Translations under genes and position numbers: made by a program | From: Psilocybe cubensis | Lineage: Eukaryota | Assembly: GCA_017499595.2 (NCBI GenBank) | Contig: CM039004.1 | Location: forward strand, 1,054,001 to 1,118,000 | Length of the DNA: 64,000 nt | Reading direction: 5' to 3' | Part shown: one piece after another, positions 12,010-25,467 of the stretch | How positions within the stretch are numbered: position 1 is the stretch's first letter | Layout: the number at the start of each line of letters is the position of its first letter | Notes under the pieces: model-generated | What the model saw: the letters and a program-made list of their open reading frames with translations, nothing else | Databases searched by the model: none | Told to the model about the DNA's origin: nothing

Positions 12010-13402
12010 GTAGACCGTAAAACGTCGAGGTGACCTTGGATAACAAAATGCCAGCTTCTTCACCTCCGTTCATGAACTGAACCCTGAGAAAAAATAGCCT
12101 GGGAAATATATCTGAGAAGCCCGTCAGAAGTTCTGGATAGCAAAATCCTTCGGAGATACCTCAATTTCCTATAAGTGAGCTGTTGATGGTGACCAAGTTC
12201 AACTGAAGTGTAACAACTAGAACAGGAAAGGTAGATTTGTGGTATCAAATTAGGCGCCTCCATTCACGTGATGGAAGACTATAAATAATCTGTTGATCCT
12301 GATTGGATCCTAACGTTAACTTTCATACCCATTGGGACAAAAAGATTATACTATACGATGCTCTTGAGAACTTGAAAAAATTCTGACAACGCCGGAAAGA
12401 TTTTAAATTTGAAGAATTGATTTAATGTTTCGTGGTTAAGAACAACTGAGAATCCGTCGAAAGCTCATCCAACAAACGGGGCGGTACTATACGGTCTTTA
12501 GCAGAAACACACTTTGTGTTTTTGAAGTCGATTGTTTGATCAGTTTGAAGTCCGTTAATAATAGCCGACTATTATTTAAAGGTCCGATGACAGCCTCAAA
12601 CCAACCTTTAAACCTGCCAGCGCATTTCCCTTCAAATTTCCGGTATGCATATGATATACTTTATGGCGCCTCGTATCCCATGTATTAATAATTCTGGTTT
12701 CAAGAGGCCCATGAACGTTTCAACTACCGAGTCCAAGACGATGATCGTGGCGATCCATAGTACATCTGGCTAATCGAAAATCTACCCAGTCTTGCAACAC
12801 ATCCGTCCTATTTATCAAATTTATAATACAGGTCAAGACGTCCTACCTAACCCAGGTAGGAAGGTTTCCCGTTTTCAATAGCTACATATATACAACTTAA
12901 CAGATCCATCATAGTCCCAAAATCACTCTGAGTCTCTATATCAGTCCCATACCATTACGATATGTGTTATCCCACTACATGTTGACCAAATGAACATGAT
13001 AATTCAACTGCGCATTGTGTTCTGTTGGTACTAGTGTGCTGTACTTACAATCGAGAAATGTTCTAGCAGAAGATGCTACTACTGATTTTTATCTTCAGAG
13101 ATTTACTGCGAGTGACAAAACAAATTGAGTGTGAAGCTAAAAATGTGAATTGGTTTTCAGAATAGATAATATATATAGACATTAACGTTTGATAGAAAAT
13201 TATTACAAACGCAGAACTAAACGAGAGACATATTGGAACGAAAGTAAAATGGAATAAGAATCAGGATAAAGAATGACTGAAGTGTATGCGTGAACAAAGA
13301 ATGATTTGGAACGATTCTGGACAATTGGCCGGGAAGCATTTACTCAGATGTATCAAGTACGTGAAGTAGATTGCGCTCACCAGCAATGTTGTTGTTCGCT
13401 CT

Positions 13403-14070
13403 TCAAGCAATACTGGCGTCCTCAGACTTTACCAATCCAGGAAGGTCAGATAGGCTTCCCATGGCTGGCAATCCGCTGGTAACACCACCAAGTGCTCCTG
13501 GAGATTGTTTGTTGAATTCTCTGGCTTCGTTTTGCAGTTGCAATAGATATGACTCACCAGTTACGCCACTAACTCCTGGAAGCGAGCCACCCAATGGTAA
13601 CCCCATAGAACCGAGGCCGGACGTTACACTACTGAGTCCCAATCCACCGGTCAAACCTCCTAGGATACCAGAGAATCCACCAAGACCAGTGTCGGAAGTT
13701 CCACTAGTTCCACTCCCACCAATGACTGGCAGACCGTTTATAACGTCGTTTGAGACACCAAAGCCAGCGGGCGTGGTGCTGTCTCCAGCTTCCACGTCTA
13801 CAACATCGTCCTCCCTGCTAGTGAGGCCAAACTCACCTATAAAATCATAGATGTGCTCAGTCGCATAGTCAGTCACGTTACAAACAGCATTAACCCACTT
13901 GGGAAGTACTCGTTCAGCAGGATGTTGGCAGTTCGCGTCGTTCCAACTGCGGTGTCGTCAGTCTGCACACCAGCTGCCGAGGTATTTGGCACGACGTTCA
14001 AAATCGGGGCAGCACAGGCGCCTTCAAGGAAAAGTGCCAGTGCGATAAAAGAAGTGATGATCTTGAACAT
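13403..14070 (-). CDS. Small secreted Gly/Ser/Leu-rich protein
   Basis: Signal peptide MFKIITSFIALALFLEGACA-AP; two plausible in-frame introns; repeats such as LGGLTGG, LSSVTSGL and LGGVTSGL. Confidence 0.7.
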
Positions 14071-14735
14071 ATTAAAACACGTAGGGACTGCGAGTGCGGA
14101 ATGTGTAAGGCTGAGGAGTATCGACCTGGTGAAGAAGGAAAACAGAGGGGGGATGAGAGATATAGCCCCGCTAATGCAGGCATTTTATACCTGTTCGAGT
14201 AGTTACCGCGGTCAGACCAGCCTGTGTTTGCTCTGTGACCCAAAGCACCTGAATGATGAGAGGCTGACAGAAAAACGGCAAACGATACGCCTCGAAAATG
14301 CCTTCGAATGCTTCTAATCGGCAAAATGTCAGCCACAACGCCAAAATCAAGTCCATATCCAAATGTGTGAATCAGTCTGCCGCGTAGCCGTACCAGCCGC
14401 GATGGCTGACACGGACAGCCCATACGATGGTAGGCTTCTCGCTTTTGGTTCTACTGATTTAAAGACGTGAAAATGCCCATTTAGCACAAGGCACCATTCA
14501 GACACACTTAAACGCAAACAAGACAAATGCAAGAAATAAAATGAGATCCAACAGCCATGAGGGATTTTGAAAGCAAGTTTATGGAATCAATATGAACACC
14601 TGATATAAAATGTACAGTAACAGTTGCAATATCAATCATACAAAATCGAACACACCAATACAACATGCTTAGGCTACCTCTCGCACATGAGCCTCACGTG
14701 AATCACGGACAGCTCTGTTTTACTTTGAGAGGGGT

Positions 14736-16560
14736 TCAAGCTCTTCCTCCGCGCATCAAACTGCCAAAAGCCGCCCCTCGACGCGACAGGTCACTAGGCG
14801 ATCTTGGTTCATCATCAACATCCATAACTTGATTGTCCTCATCTGACTCTTCATCATCGATAGGAGAATGAACTCCGGCGCCAGCTTCTGGACCAGGCGA
14901 AGCGGGACCCACATCATCATCAACGTCCAGTTCCATAATTTGACCTTCTCCAGCACTGGCATCCTGCTCTTGGTGTATCGGGTCACGAACAGGGGTCGTT
15001 TCACGGGAAATCTAGGCGATAGGAGATGAGCCGGTGCGAAAAAGTATATACAAAATCTAGATACATACTGTAACATGTGTTCTTATATTTGCGCCATTTC
15101 CATTGACTGCTGGACTGCTATTGCCATTTATCCTAGGAGGCCTTGCAGACCCACTCCCTTCTTGCTGAGTATCCAACGCAACAGGAACTGGCGTACGAAG
15201 ATCAGGTCGCGGTGCGTCGCCATTACTTGTAACCTCTTCCGGCGCCAGAGGAACATTATTACGGTCAGCTCCAGAGCTCCTTCTCCTAGATCTCGGGGTG
15301 CCTGACATAAACGGTGAAGCGTGCAGAGACCACCCAGGGCGGGGGGCATCGACCATCCCGTTGATACTAGTCATGCCAGGTGGGGGCATGGTGTTTACTC
15401 CATTGCTTAAATTTGTCGCCCCATTACTGTTGGCCGAAGGATGACTCGGGGAAAATGGCGGTGGGGGTGGCATTGGTCGCAACCCCCCTGATCCTGACCC
15501 TCCTCCTGTTGGAGTGGAAAATGGCGGCGCCATTGACCCTGCTGTGGACGCGGGGGTACCTGGAAATGGTGGCGGGGGTTCCCTGTAATGTGTCGAGCGC
15601 GGCGTTGGGGCCTGCGGTTGGTTTCGAGGCACTTGAGTTGGATGGGTTGAGTTTGGTTCAGGCGAGCCTGATGCAGATCTTTCGAAGTATCTCTCGTACA
15701 GGTCCGTTTCTGAGGCCAACATGGCATCAAGGAGGAGACTATGGAAGGACAGAGACTTAATCAAAGTATCTGGAAATCAATAATGAATGTAAATTACTCG
15801 TTTTCAGACTGAAGCTTCTTGATTTTGGCGTTCAAAAGCTCAAGGTCTCTCTGACAAGCCTCGTGCGCCTAGAAAAACAAAGTCATTCACCAGGCTTTTA
15901 AGAGTAATAGTGAGAGGAGCATACAGCGGTGACCTTGTCGTATCGCTCTCGCATCCTCTGAAATCTATGAATGATAAGCAACATCAACACGTTGTTGCAT
16001 GAGGTCTCAAGAATCCAATACGACGTACTTGTCCTTGTATGAACCAGACCGCTCAGTGTATGCCTACATTTACCGTCAGGTATATAGCAATAGAAAGATA
16101 GCGATACCAACACATACCCTGGAACTTGCGTGTTCTTTCACATGGCTCTCCCTGTGGTCATTCTCCCCCTGTCTCTCCAAGTCCGCTTCGTGAAGTTTCG
16201 CCCGTTCCTGCTCTTCTTTTTTGCGTTGCCTTTTCTCCCTTCTCTCCTCAGCCTTCGCCTCCTTGTCGGTCTGAGCACCCTCACGAGCTCTCTCCTTCTC
16301 CTTGATCATCCGAATTTCTTGTTTGGGTGGTAGGTTGAATCTGAGTGTAGTTTCCATTGAGTGTCCAGGTGCAGAGTGAAATTTAGCGATCATAATATGT
16401 GGGATTCCGAATATGAATGTCTGACTTCGTCCACTTTCGTAACACCAACCAGCCAAGCCGGACTTCTGGGTACCCCGTGGCCTGGCGTTTGGGTTTTGTG
16501 TGCGTTCGACGACAATGCAAGTGCCCAGTTACCGTCACCTAATGCAATGAATAGTGGTTC
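14736..16560 (-). CDS. Multi-exon coiled-coil / Pro-rich protein, possibly INO80 subunit E (Iec3)-like; 5' end uncertain
   Basis: Spliced segment SYKDKFQRMRERYDKVTAAHEACQRDLELLNAKIKKLQSENDLLLDAM resembles the INO80E/Iec3 coiled coil, followed by a long Pro-rich disordered tail. Confidence 0.55.
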
Positions 16561-17338
16561 GAGTTCACGCATGTACATAATTGATACACGCAGTGAATAC
16601 TTACTATAGCTTAGATGACTTTAAGGTTGCGAATGGCGCTCAGAGGCTGCCTTGAAGGGACTCCATCAGTGGCACTGCTGGCATTCAAATATTTACAGTT
16701 TGCGCCTGTCGCTGGCACTGGCTCAGAGCGCTGTTCGCGATCTTGTACAAATTAGGCATGAGTCCGTTACTTCCGTTCACGTGATTTGACCACATATATG
16801 GCATCACTACAGGAGAGTCAGAAAACGTCAGTCGAATATACTCAAAAAACCTACTAGCAGCCTGCAATGTCGAAAGAATGATCAAGTTTAGTAGGATTTT
16901 GCTAACGAGAGAATGCCGATGATTGTAATTACTATGTACTACGGATGCCTGTGGTAATGAAAAGATGCAGATGTCCAGAGTGCGTCACATTAGATGAACG
17001 TAAACATGCAAGCACAACAATATAGAGATCATCAACGCCATTAAAGTACGATCAATGCAATAAACCACGCCCATGAAAGTGAAAAAAATCGGAGAGCAAT
17101 TTAGAGTGTTGCTTAAAGACAGTTCGTCAACGGATGGCGCGCCAACAGGAGTGAACAGAGCATGATGGTATAAACAAAAAAGAGCAGATTTGCGTGGAAA
17201 ATAACCTGTCCACGACCAATGGTATCTGTAAGTACCTCCACACCCAAGAGTGATATATGATGAAAAAGCATTAATGTCCGCGACTAAAAGCGCCCCAAAA
17301 TAACTAAAAGAAAGCAGAAACAACTTTGCTATGTGGAA

Positions 17339-18167
17339 TTACCAGACAAGGGTAGCAAAAACGAAGGCACCAACGCTTAGCCATACCCGGTTGTCAAAGC
17401 CAATGGTTGAGGCAGCGCTTGTGGGCTTAGGAGATGCTGAAGAGCCAGAAGGATCGGTGGTAGCAGACGCGGCCAATGATTGATCGTTAGGGGGGCTCTT
17501 GACGGCTGGGCTGGATGAGGAGGAAGCAGGGGTATTTCCAGTTGTACCAGTAGTGCCAGTCGTGCCGGTGGTGCCAGTGGTTGTAGAATTGGTGCTTCCT
17601 GGGTTAGAAGTTCCGCGGGTAGGAGGTGGGACAGCCTTTGAAGGGTCAACAAGAGCACCAATACCCCAAGGAATGGCCTTGTCCGTGCCGGGTTGAGTGG
17701 CATTAGGGGGAGGGGTGGTTTGACCTGTGGAAGATGCAATAGTGAAGCGGGTTGTCCATGTCACTGATGAGGTGTCAGGGGAAGTGAATTGGTAGAAGTA
17801 GATAGCTGAAGTTGGAGTAACTTCAGGGCAAGTATATGAGAAGGTGCCATCTTCAGTTCCATCTTGATTCTGAGCAACAGCTGGGGAGCGACAGAATTAG
17901 TACAATAGTTCGGTCATCAAACAAATAGAGACCAAAAATCAACTTACTGGTGATATGAATTTGTCCAAGATCACTTCCAGTCATAAGCTCAATGTTCATG
18001 TTCTTCCATGCAGTGGTAGAATCGGCGTCGCCAGTCCACTTGATGATGCAAGGGGAACCAATGTTGAAGACATCACCAGGGCCGGGCTCGCTAGGCGTCA
18101 CATCTGCACGCACGAGCAAAGGTGCGGCAACAGCAATAAGAGCGGCAAAGGTAGAAGCGGCGAACAT
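17339..18167 (-). CDS. Ser/Thr-rich GPI-anchored cell-surface protein (Kre9/KNH N-terminal-like Ig domain)
   Basis: Signal peptide, DVTPSEPGPGDVFNIGSPCIIKW...IELMTG, YTCPEVTP..AIYFYQF, WTTRFTI, Thr/Gly/Ser-rich stalk and hydrophobic C-terminal GPI signal; one intron. Confidence 0.9.
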
Positions 18168-19265
18168 ATTTGATGCGTTTGAGTGGTTAGAAGGGGATTA
18201 AGTGTTAGAACTGGGCTGGACAACATTCAACAAAAAAGTGGGCCGTCAGTTATGTATGCAAAATTTGGATCCTGAGAAAATGAGCTGACTGTTAAGAAAA
18301 AAAACGATTTGAATTTTGCAGTAAGGAATGTGCTAGCAAAAGAGAGAATTGAACAGGTTTGTTCGTCGAAGGACCTTTGAGGTCTTTTGCGGGGCAGAGA
18401 GGATGATGGTTACCGTTGGTGGCAATGGATGGTGCGCGGTGTTACCGTCACACATATGTAGCCATATGTCACATCATGATTGCTTGTTTATTTTTGCCCC
18501 TGACGGTCACGGTCTGCCCCTGTGTGGTCTCCGCCTTCTTTCTCTCAGGCTGTCTTTAATCCTAACACCGGGCGCTCTCCGCTGATATTTACGTACATTG
18601 AAGAATGGCAGATTAAAAGCTGAACATCTTGAAAAGTTAAAAGTCCTTTGGCCACCAAGATTACATTCAAAAAGCGTCTTATCAATTGAAGAGTAAGTAC
18701 TGGGGCAAAGACACCAGAGGTGATGGCTGTAAAATTGGTCGTCAGGCTATTTGGCGCCGAAACCACCATGAGCCACCATGATGGTTGCATTTATAAAGGG
18801 GATGAATAATATGGCGGGTGTGAAAATCTTTTCAAGCAGAAAAACGCACGGCAAAGATACTCCGTTCTCCAAGTAAACTGTGTGCGAAGACGCAAAGATT
18901 GTAACGAGTTTCTACATGTGATTCTGAGACTACATACTTTACATATCCTACACAAAACTATGTACAAGATAAACAATATAATAAAGAAAACAGCGATGGT
19001 GAGTATCATACACTATTCATTAAGTAGCACAAGGCAGTAAAGACGACCTGCGTCTTCATCGTGAATGTACAGGCACAGCCAATTTGCTGACGTAGGACGA
19101 TCCACAAGCGGCGCAAAAGATCATCTGCCAACTAAGCCAGTGATCACAACCATGAGAGAGCGAATATCCACACATCAGCGGTGGTCGAAAAATAATGTAC
19201 AAAGGGCCTGCATACGCATCGCCCAAAAGTAAAGGAAAAAAGTTGCCCAGTGGTTGCTTGCTCGT

Positions 19266-21202
19266 CTACGATGAAATTTCTTTGAAATGCGAGCTCTTCA
19301 TCAAGGCCTGGGCAAAGTCTTTGAAATCCTGCTTAGAGCAAGTTCTTCCAGGCTTAGGTCGCATATTGAGAAAAGATAGTTGAAGAGTATTAATGGCAAT
19401 AAAACCTACCTTAATCGCATAGATGACAACTTCTTGCTTTTCCTCACCCTTAGGGTCCGTCTTTTCCACAGTTTCCTTTAGGATCAACCTGAGTACATTC
19501 TCCTCTGGCACATAGGTGCATCGGACAGAGGGTCTAACGCGAATGTTCATCGATACCTTCCACAGAGGATCGCGACGGAAGACTGTACGAAGATGAGCAT
19601 CACATTAAGCACATTATCATGTGTGACCACTCACGGATTCGCTCTTCTAATGTTAATCGATTCGATAGTAATTTGACATGACCGAGGACGCCCTCTGAGA
19701 AGGGCTTGTCTCCGCGTTTGGTGTACAGCTTAACTCCCTTCTGTTCCAATTCTACATCCTCGTCCTCTTCTCCAGTCATAGCTAAGTTAACACATCGAAA
19801 TTAGCAAAAACGTTCTCATAAATGTACACGTATACTGACGCGTATACTTCTCCGTTGGATGCAAGGGGCTGGCTTTAGCTTCAGCAATTGCATGGTCTTC
19901 TGTTTCTGGTGTGAACGCCGATGGGATTTTCACTGTTTCTTCCCCATTCTGGCGAGGTGTCAAATCGCTGGTGTTCCAGATAGACTTCGCTGGCTTAAAT
20001 GCCGATGTCTTGGGTTTATTCACAGCAGCGAAAGGAGAACTCGACCCTGCGAAGGCCGCGAACCCACCAGATGTGTTTGACTAGATCACAAAAAGGTGAG
20101 GAAAGATAGGTCTTTGCCCACTTGAGAAAAATACATACGAAGGCTTTGGGAGTGGCGGGTCGCGGAGTTATCTCTAGGGCAAAAATTGGTTGCGGTGTTG
20201 GCACCGACATGGATAGAGGGAATGCAGAAATTGGAGTCTGGTTGTAATGTGCGAATATAATCAGATTAGAGTAATCCTTATGGTAATTTACTGCCGAACT
20301 TACTGGAGAAGGTCGTCTCGTTGGTTGCTCCGGCTGTTCAGGAGCTGGTGAGGGCGATTGAGGAGGCTCGGTAGCTGGAGTTGGGATCGAAACAGAATCT
20401 TGTAGGGTAGCCGGCATTTCAGGAATCTGAACAACATTAGGCATGGTATCATTTTGAAATAATTCAAGGACACCTACTCTTTCTGCCTCCGGAGTAGATT
20501 CAAGGGGTGCTATTGAATCCGCAGCTACAGGCGGAGCAACATCGGGTGCAGAGAGCTGTGATGCATGTTAATCGATGCCGTGGGGTATTCGAAGAAATCA
20601 TACAAACCTCCCCAGAGTCTGATGATGGTGTTCTACATCTTTTGTTAGGGTAAATATTTGCTAGATTCTGGTTCGAAGCATCGATAATCAAAGGTGGCTG
20701 CGGACAGAGACTAAGAGAACTTACATGAGGATACCCGAGAATAACCTCCTGTCGCACAGTCAACATTATAGAGTAATGGTATCAGAAATGGTACATGCCT
20801 TCTCTGGCTCGTCGAATCCATCGTGAGGAATCTTTCTCTTCAACGAGTCTCTTCTAGCCGGACTTGAGGTAGTAGAAGAGGGCACAGCAACCTCCATTTC
20901 TGATAAATCACTGTTTTGCTTCAGTTCGACCTCCATCTGCGGTTCATCAAGAGAACGGTGCGGAGAAGGGATTGTCGATTCTTTCTCCTCAACCCTTCTG
21001 TCTCCAGCAAAGCTATGCTGCGGTACCTCCTCAGAGGGTGTGTTAAAAGATCTGCATTACAGTTTAAGCATCTCCCAGATCCCACAGTATGGTGTTAGAC
21101 GAACGAGCTGGCGTTGAGTCGGCGAGAGCATGCGTAACCGACTGTGGCGGCGAAGGTAGCAATTCCGGCTACAACAAAATTGAAATCGCTGACGGGAAAC
21201 AT
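19266..21202 (-). CDS. Protein with N-terminal hydrophobic helix and C-terminal RanBP1-like (PH-fold) domain
   Basis: Start MFPVSDFNFVVAGIATFAATVGYACSRR; C-terminus TGEEDEDVELEQKGVKLYTKRG...GHVKLLSNR...ERI|VFRRDPLWKVSMNIRV resembles RanBD1; multiple introns. Confidence 0.7.
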
Positions 21203-22265
21203 CGTTGGCTTGAAATAGAATATTGCTTAATGCTTCAAACGAAGGCGTTTAACGGTGGTTGAAGGCCTATTAATCCTGCAATTGTTCGTTTTAATCATCG
21301 TTCAAATGATGAAAAGCACTATAGCTTTGAGAATAGCAAACTGACCACAACTTATCGTGCACAAATAGTATCGTCTTGCAGTCGTTGGAGGGCGCCGTCG
21401 AAGGATATGGGGATCAAATATGGTCTTGAAGGAAAGAAAGCATATAAAGGCCCTTATTTGTCCGCCTTCCTCCACGATGCTTCGCCTCGCTGTGAACACG
21501 CGTTGCCTTAATTTCGGACCGATTGTATAGAAATGGTAAAGCTGTAGCAACACGTGTCCATCTGACATGATAACGGAGGGAAAGTGCCAGTTTATGGATG
21601 GTCCGCTGGATTATTGGCTGGGCTTGCATTGAAGAACGAGGCTGAAAGGCGACAGCTTTGCAATTCTTGAAATAGATGTCGGTCACAGCGCCTTGGCGAC
21701 ATGGAAAGGTTTGAGGATGACTGTCTATCGAACATTCATAGTCTTTCTTCGTAGGTGTCAAACTAGCTAACTTCGGCCTTCGGATGCTATATTTGTCCTG
21801 TCAGTCGGAACAATGGGGTATTTTTACTGGGTGTTCTGTGCTCGATGGGTCGTGTACACGGGAATGCCAATTCTTTCACAACTAGAAGGCTCGGAACATG
21901 ACATATCACTCCATGGACCGTTGATATCAGGAGAATGCATTGGCGCCACTTGGAGGAATACGTATAGCTCGATGGCAGCCAAAATAGCTGGCGAGTAGTG
22001 GTGGTGGGTTTCGTAATTTTTGAGTGGACTTGAGACTTGAGAACTGAGAGGCCCTCGGACCAGTGTATGATGCACTTTCATTTGATCCGCCTTATCGCAG
22101 ACATTCTGTTAGTCTTTTTCAATTCGGCTTCCCCCGCAAACGAGACGATCTTTCCCTATCAGGGTTCTCGTACAAGATCCTCCCGATTGCGAACCCTGAT
22201 AGCAACTTTCTGTGCTTCTCGTCCTGATTAGGGCTTTCTAGTCATCATTGTAATAGCTTGCAGAT

Positions 22266-23749
22266 ATGGGTCCCAATGACGGTGAAGGTGAAAGATCCAG
22301 ACCTCCTATCGTACTTGAAGTGTTGATTAATGGGTTTATTTATCGTAGTGGTGGATCAAGTTGGACTTAATCCAACAGTGGATTTTGTTGCTGGAACAAT
22401 AGCAGTGCGTTTGGAAGACGGAGAACTCTTGGAATGAATTCCTGTTAATATCACTTATGGCAGGGAATGACTGGTCTTGTCGTCGGGTTTCCTTTTGATA
22501 CAGGTGTGGATATTGTTTCAATCAACCAGACTTTAGTGTTTCTTACGGAATATCCTCCAACTTCGTTAGTTAAAGTTCGCTTTCAAAATCCTGCATTTAC
22601 AAGCAGATATCACTCAACATTCCCTGCTATTGCCACTATTATTAAAGAGGAGAAATTCATAGGACTGTATAAAGGCATTACTTCGCCATTGGTTAGTATG
22701 GGGCTATTTTGTTGACAGAAAAGCATTAGGCATCTAATTACTCCATAGGCAACCACTGCGCTGATGAATGGCTTGGTTTTTGCTTCCTACCGATTCTTCC
22801 TGAAGTTGCAAATGGTCCATCCAGACTCGATACCGACCATCTCGCAGATTGCACTCGCCGGTGCAGGAAGCGGCATCGTTTCTTCGTATGTCCGGATTAT
22901 ATTTCATAACAGAAGCGAGTGTGACCTTCAAACTGTGCAATGTGCGCTGTAGGATCGTGACTACACCAACGGAGCTCATTAAAATTCGCCAGCAGTCGCT
23001 TCTCACTCAATCAACTGCACGGCAAGTGGGCCTCCAAATATTCAAAGAAGGAGGACTTTCTGCGCTGTACCGTGGTGTAACGGCCACCGCTTTGCGAGAT
23101 TGTGGTTATGGGGCATATTTTGCAGCCGTATATCTTCGACAGTTCTATTTTTATACCTTGAAGGTTTTAACATTTCTTTTTAGTACGAAATTACCTGCCG
23201 ATATTTCTCCACTCCAATCACAACAGGGTCTGCATCCTCAACTATTTATAGCGAGAACGGGGCCGGAGCGCAAAAGGTATCCTGGCCTGCGCTTCTATTA
23301 GCAGGAGGAATCGCTGGTGTGGGTATGTAAGCGAGCTCAGCTTCATCGTAGGTCAAACTTATTTATTTTACAATTCAGTCGGATGGCTCGCAACATTTCC
23401 ACTTGACGTTGTCAAAACTCGTGTTCAAAGCAGTCAGCCTATCTATTCACCCGCCGTCAGCACTCCTATTACTACTGGAGCATCCTCGACTCTCGTTATG
23501 CCCTTACTTGCTAAGGACACCATGGTCGACGTGAATCCTTATCGATCGACACTTTCTACCATCATCCATTCATACCGCGAAGAAGGAATCGGAGTATTTT
23601 TCCGAGGTCTTTCGCCAACGTTGATTCGGTTGGTTATTTGTTTTCCATGTAGCCCTTGATACTAATTTGGTCATTGATGTGTCAGCGCCATCCCAGTCAA
23701 TATGGTCACATTCGCCATGTTTGAAGCTGTCGTCCACTTCCTGACCTAG
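22266..23749 (+). CDS. Mitochondrial carrier (SLC25) protein, carnitine/amino-acid carrier-like
   Basis: Three signature motifs: PFDT|VKVRFQ, PTELIKIRQQ and PLDVVKTRVQ; also LYKGITSP, LYRGVTATALRD and FFRGLSPTLIR|AIPVN. Confidence 0.92.
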
Positions 23750-24465
23750 GATAAATGCGCCAAATCTTCAATTATATGGACGTATTGCGTGTTTCTGGAG
23801 AGTCGGGACACGGATCAGGCGTCAGCCATTTCCATCTTAGCTCACGAAGCGATTTGGAAATTCAACATACATATTCACTAATCGCCTGGGGCAAGGTGAC
23901 GAAGCCTCATTGGAGGTCAGCCTCATTGGGAGTAGAAATTCGCCAACTTCAAAATTGTTTCGGCAGTCACTACTCCCTCACAGATTTACCAACGACTAGA
24001 TTAATCCATTCTATCACATTGCCTTTAACAATAATACCCACAAATGTACAACTTATATTCGTATGGAAAAGGACAATAAGTTACACATGTGCGATAAAGG
24101 CCTACGATTACTTCCCTTGAAGCCAGGATAAAGTGTATTAGTTGCAAAACAAGGCTCTAATTTTTTAACTTTCTCCAATGGGATGTACAGGTATCAGCGC
24201 ATTTTTTGTACATAGTTTAGAATATCAAACTACTAGTTCATGGTCATTTGATGGTCATGGCAAGCTCAAGGAACGCGTCCAACTTTCATGTCGGATATTG
24301 CCAGAGAAGGTCACATCACGTGCAGTGTGATTGAACGTGATTTCGAGAGTATACGCGAAGTTCAATGTTGCTTGTTCAGCTTTAGCTATATTTCCACCTC
24401 TCTGGCCACGCTCCCTACAACAATACATTTTTTATATACGACTTCAATTCAAGTATCAAATTTCA

Positions 24466-25467
24466 ATGACTTCCTCCACGACGACAGTCATATCTCCCAT
24501 CAAAACACCTCTTTCGACATGCGTACCGAACCTAATGCCATTTCACATAGACTATAACGGCCCTGCGTCCATATCTGCATACATGCACGTGGAGAAAACG
24601 CAACCACTGAAAGAAATGGGTACGAATATAATGGATCAGATCGACAGACAACCTGACACTATATCGTGCTTAGTTGAAGGAGAACCAGTCGTAGTAGAAG
24701 ACAGGATGGAATTAGATGCATCGTCCACAAATCTGACAGGAACATCAACGCCCTGTAACGAAACTCACAGCGAAACGACGTCGGAGGTTACCATTGCAAT
24801 CGAATCGCAAACGTCTGTCTCATCAACTACTACTCGAATATCACCTACTCCTCCCGTAATGGACGACGCGGACAAGCGATTCATTTCAACTTTCAGAGGA
24901 AGAACTATACATGGCCTTACAATCGATCTACCTTCAGGATACTCTGGCCTGGTCTTACGCGGCGAAGCATCAAACCCAAGTCGGCAAAGTCACGAAAACG
25001 AACAGAACAACAAAGCTACGGATAGCAATAACAACCAAGGCCACAAAACAAACACCGGCGAGAAAGTAATGGTGGCCGAGGCTCAAAAACCAACTAAAAG
25101 GCCTCGTGGACGGTTAACTCGCAGTGCTGCTTCAAAACCTACCGCAATGACGATTGAGGACGAAAACGAGGGCGAGAACATGCCAACAGATGCTACCCAG
25201 AATGTTCCCGACGTCAACAGTGAACTAGAAGAACAGAAGATCGTCGAGGCACAAGACACTCTTCCTGTCCGCCACATTACTCCTCAGGCTCAATTTTCCT
25301 CCTTCACTCTATGGCATGCTGATCGACCTGTGGACAAGGGCAATGACGAATATTACCGCTCAATAACTGAATGGATATCCCTTGCGCAGGAGGTGTGCCG
25401 AATTTTTCTTTTCATATATCATCAGAGTAACAAACAGTTCCTACAGATTAATCGAACGGATCTGTGA
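24466..25467 (+). CDS. RNH203: Ribonuclease H2 subunit C
   Basis: NLMPFHIDYNGPA...STFRGRTIHG...LPSGYSGLVL...FTLWHAD...EWISLAQEI; one 3' intron. Confidence 0.85.
   Translation: MTSSTTTVISPIKTPLSTCVPNLMPFHIDYNGPASISAYMHVEKTQPLKEMGTNIMDQIDRQPDTISCLVEGEPVVVEDRMELDASSTNLTGTSTPCNETHSETTSEVTIAIESQTSVSSTTTRISPTPPVMDDADKRFISTFRGRTIHGLTIDLPSGYSGLVLRGEASNPSRQSHENEQNNKATDSNNNQGHKTNTGEKVMVAEAQKPTKRPRGRLTRSAASKPTAMTIEDENEGENMPTDATQNVPDVNSELEEQKIVEAQDTLPVRHITPQAQFSSFTLWHADRPVDKGNDEYYRSITEWISLAQEVCRIFLFIYHQSNKQFLQINRTDL

Noticed and set aside
21048-21100. Apparent in-frame TAA early in the RanBD-like gene
   Set aside because: It falls within a 53-nt GTTCGT...GCAG intron whose removal restores the frame.
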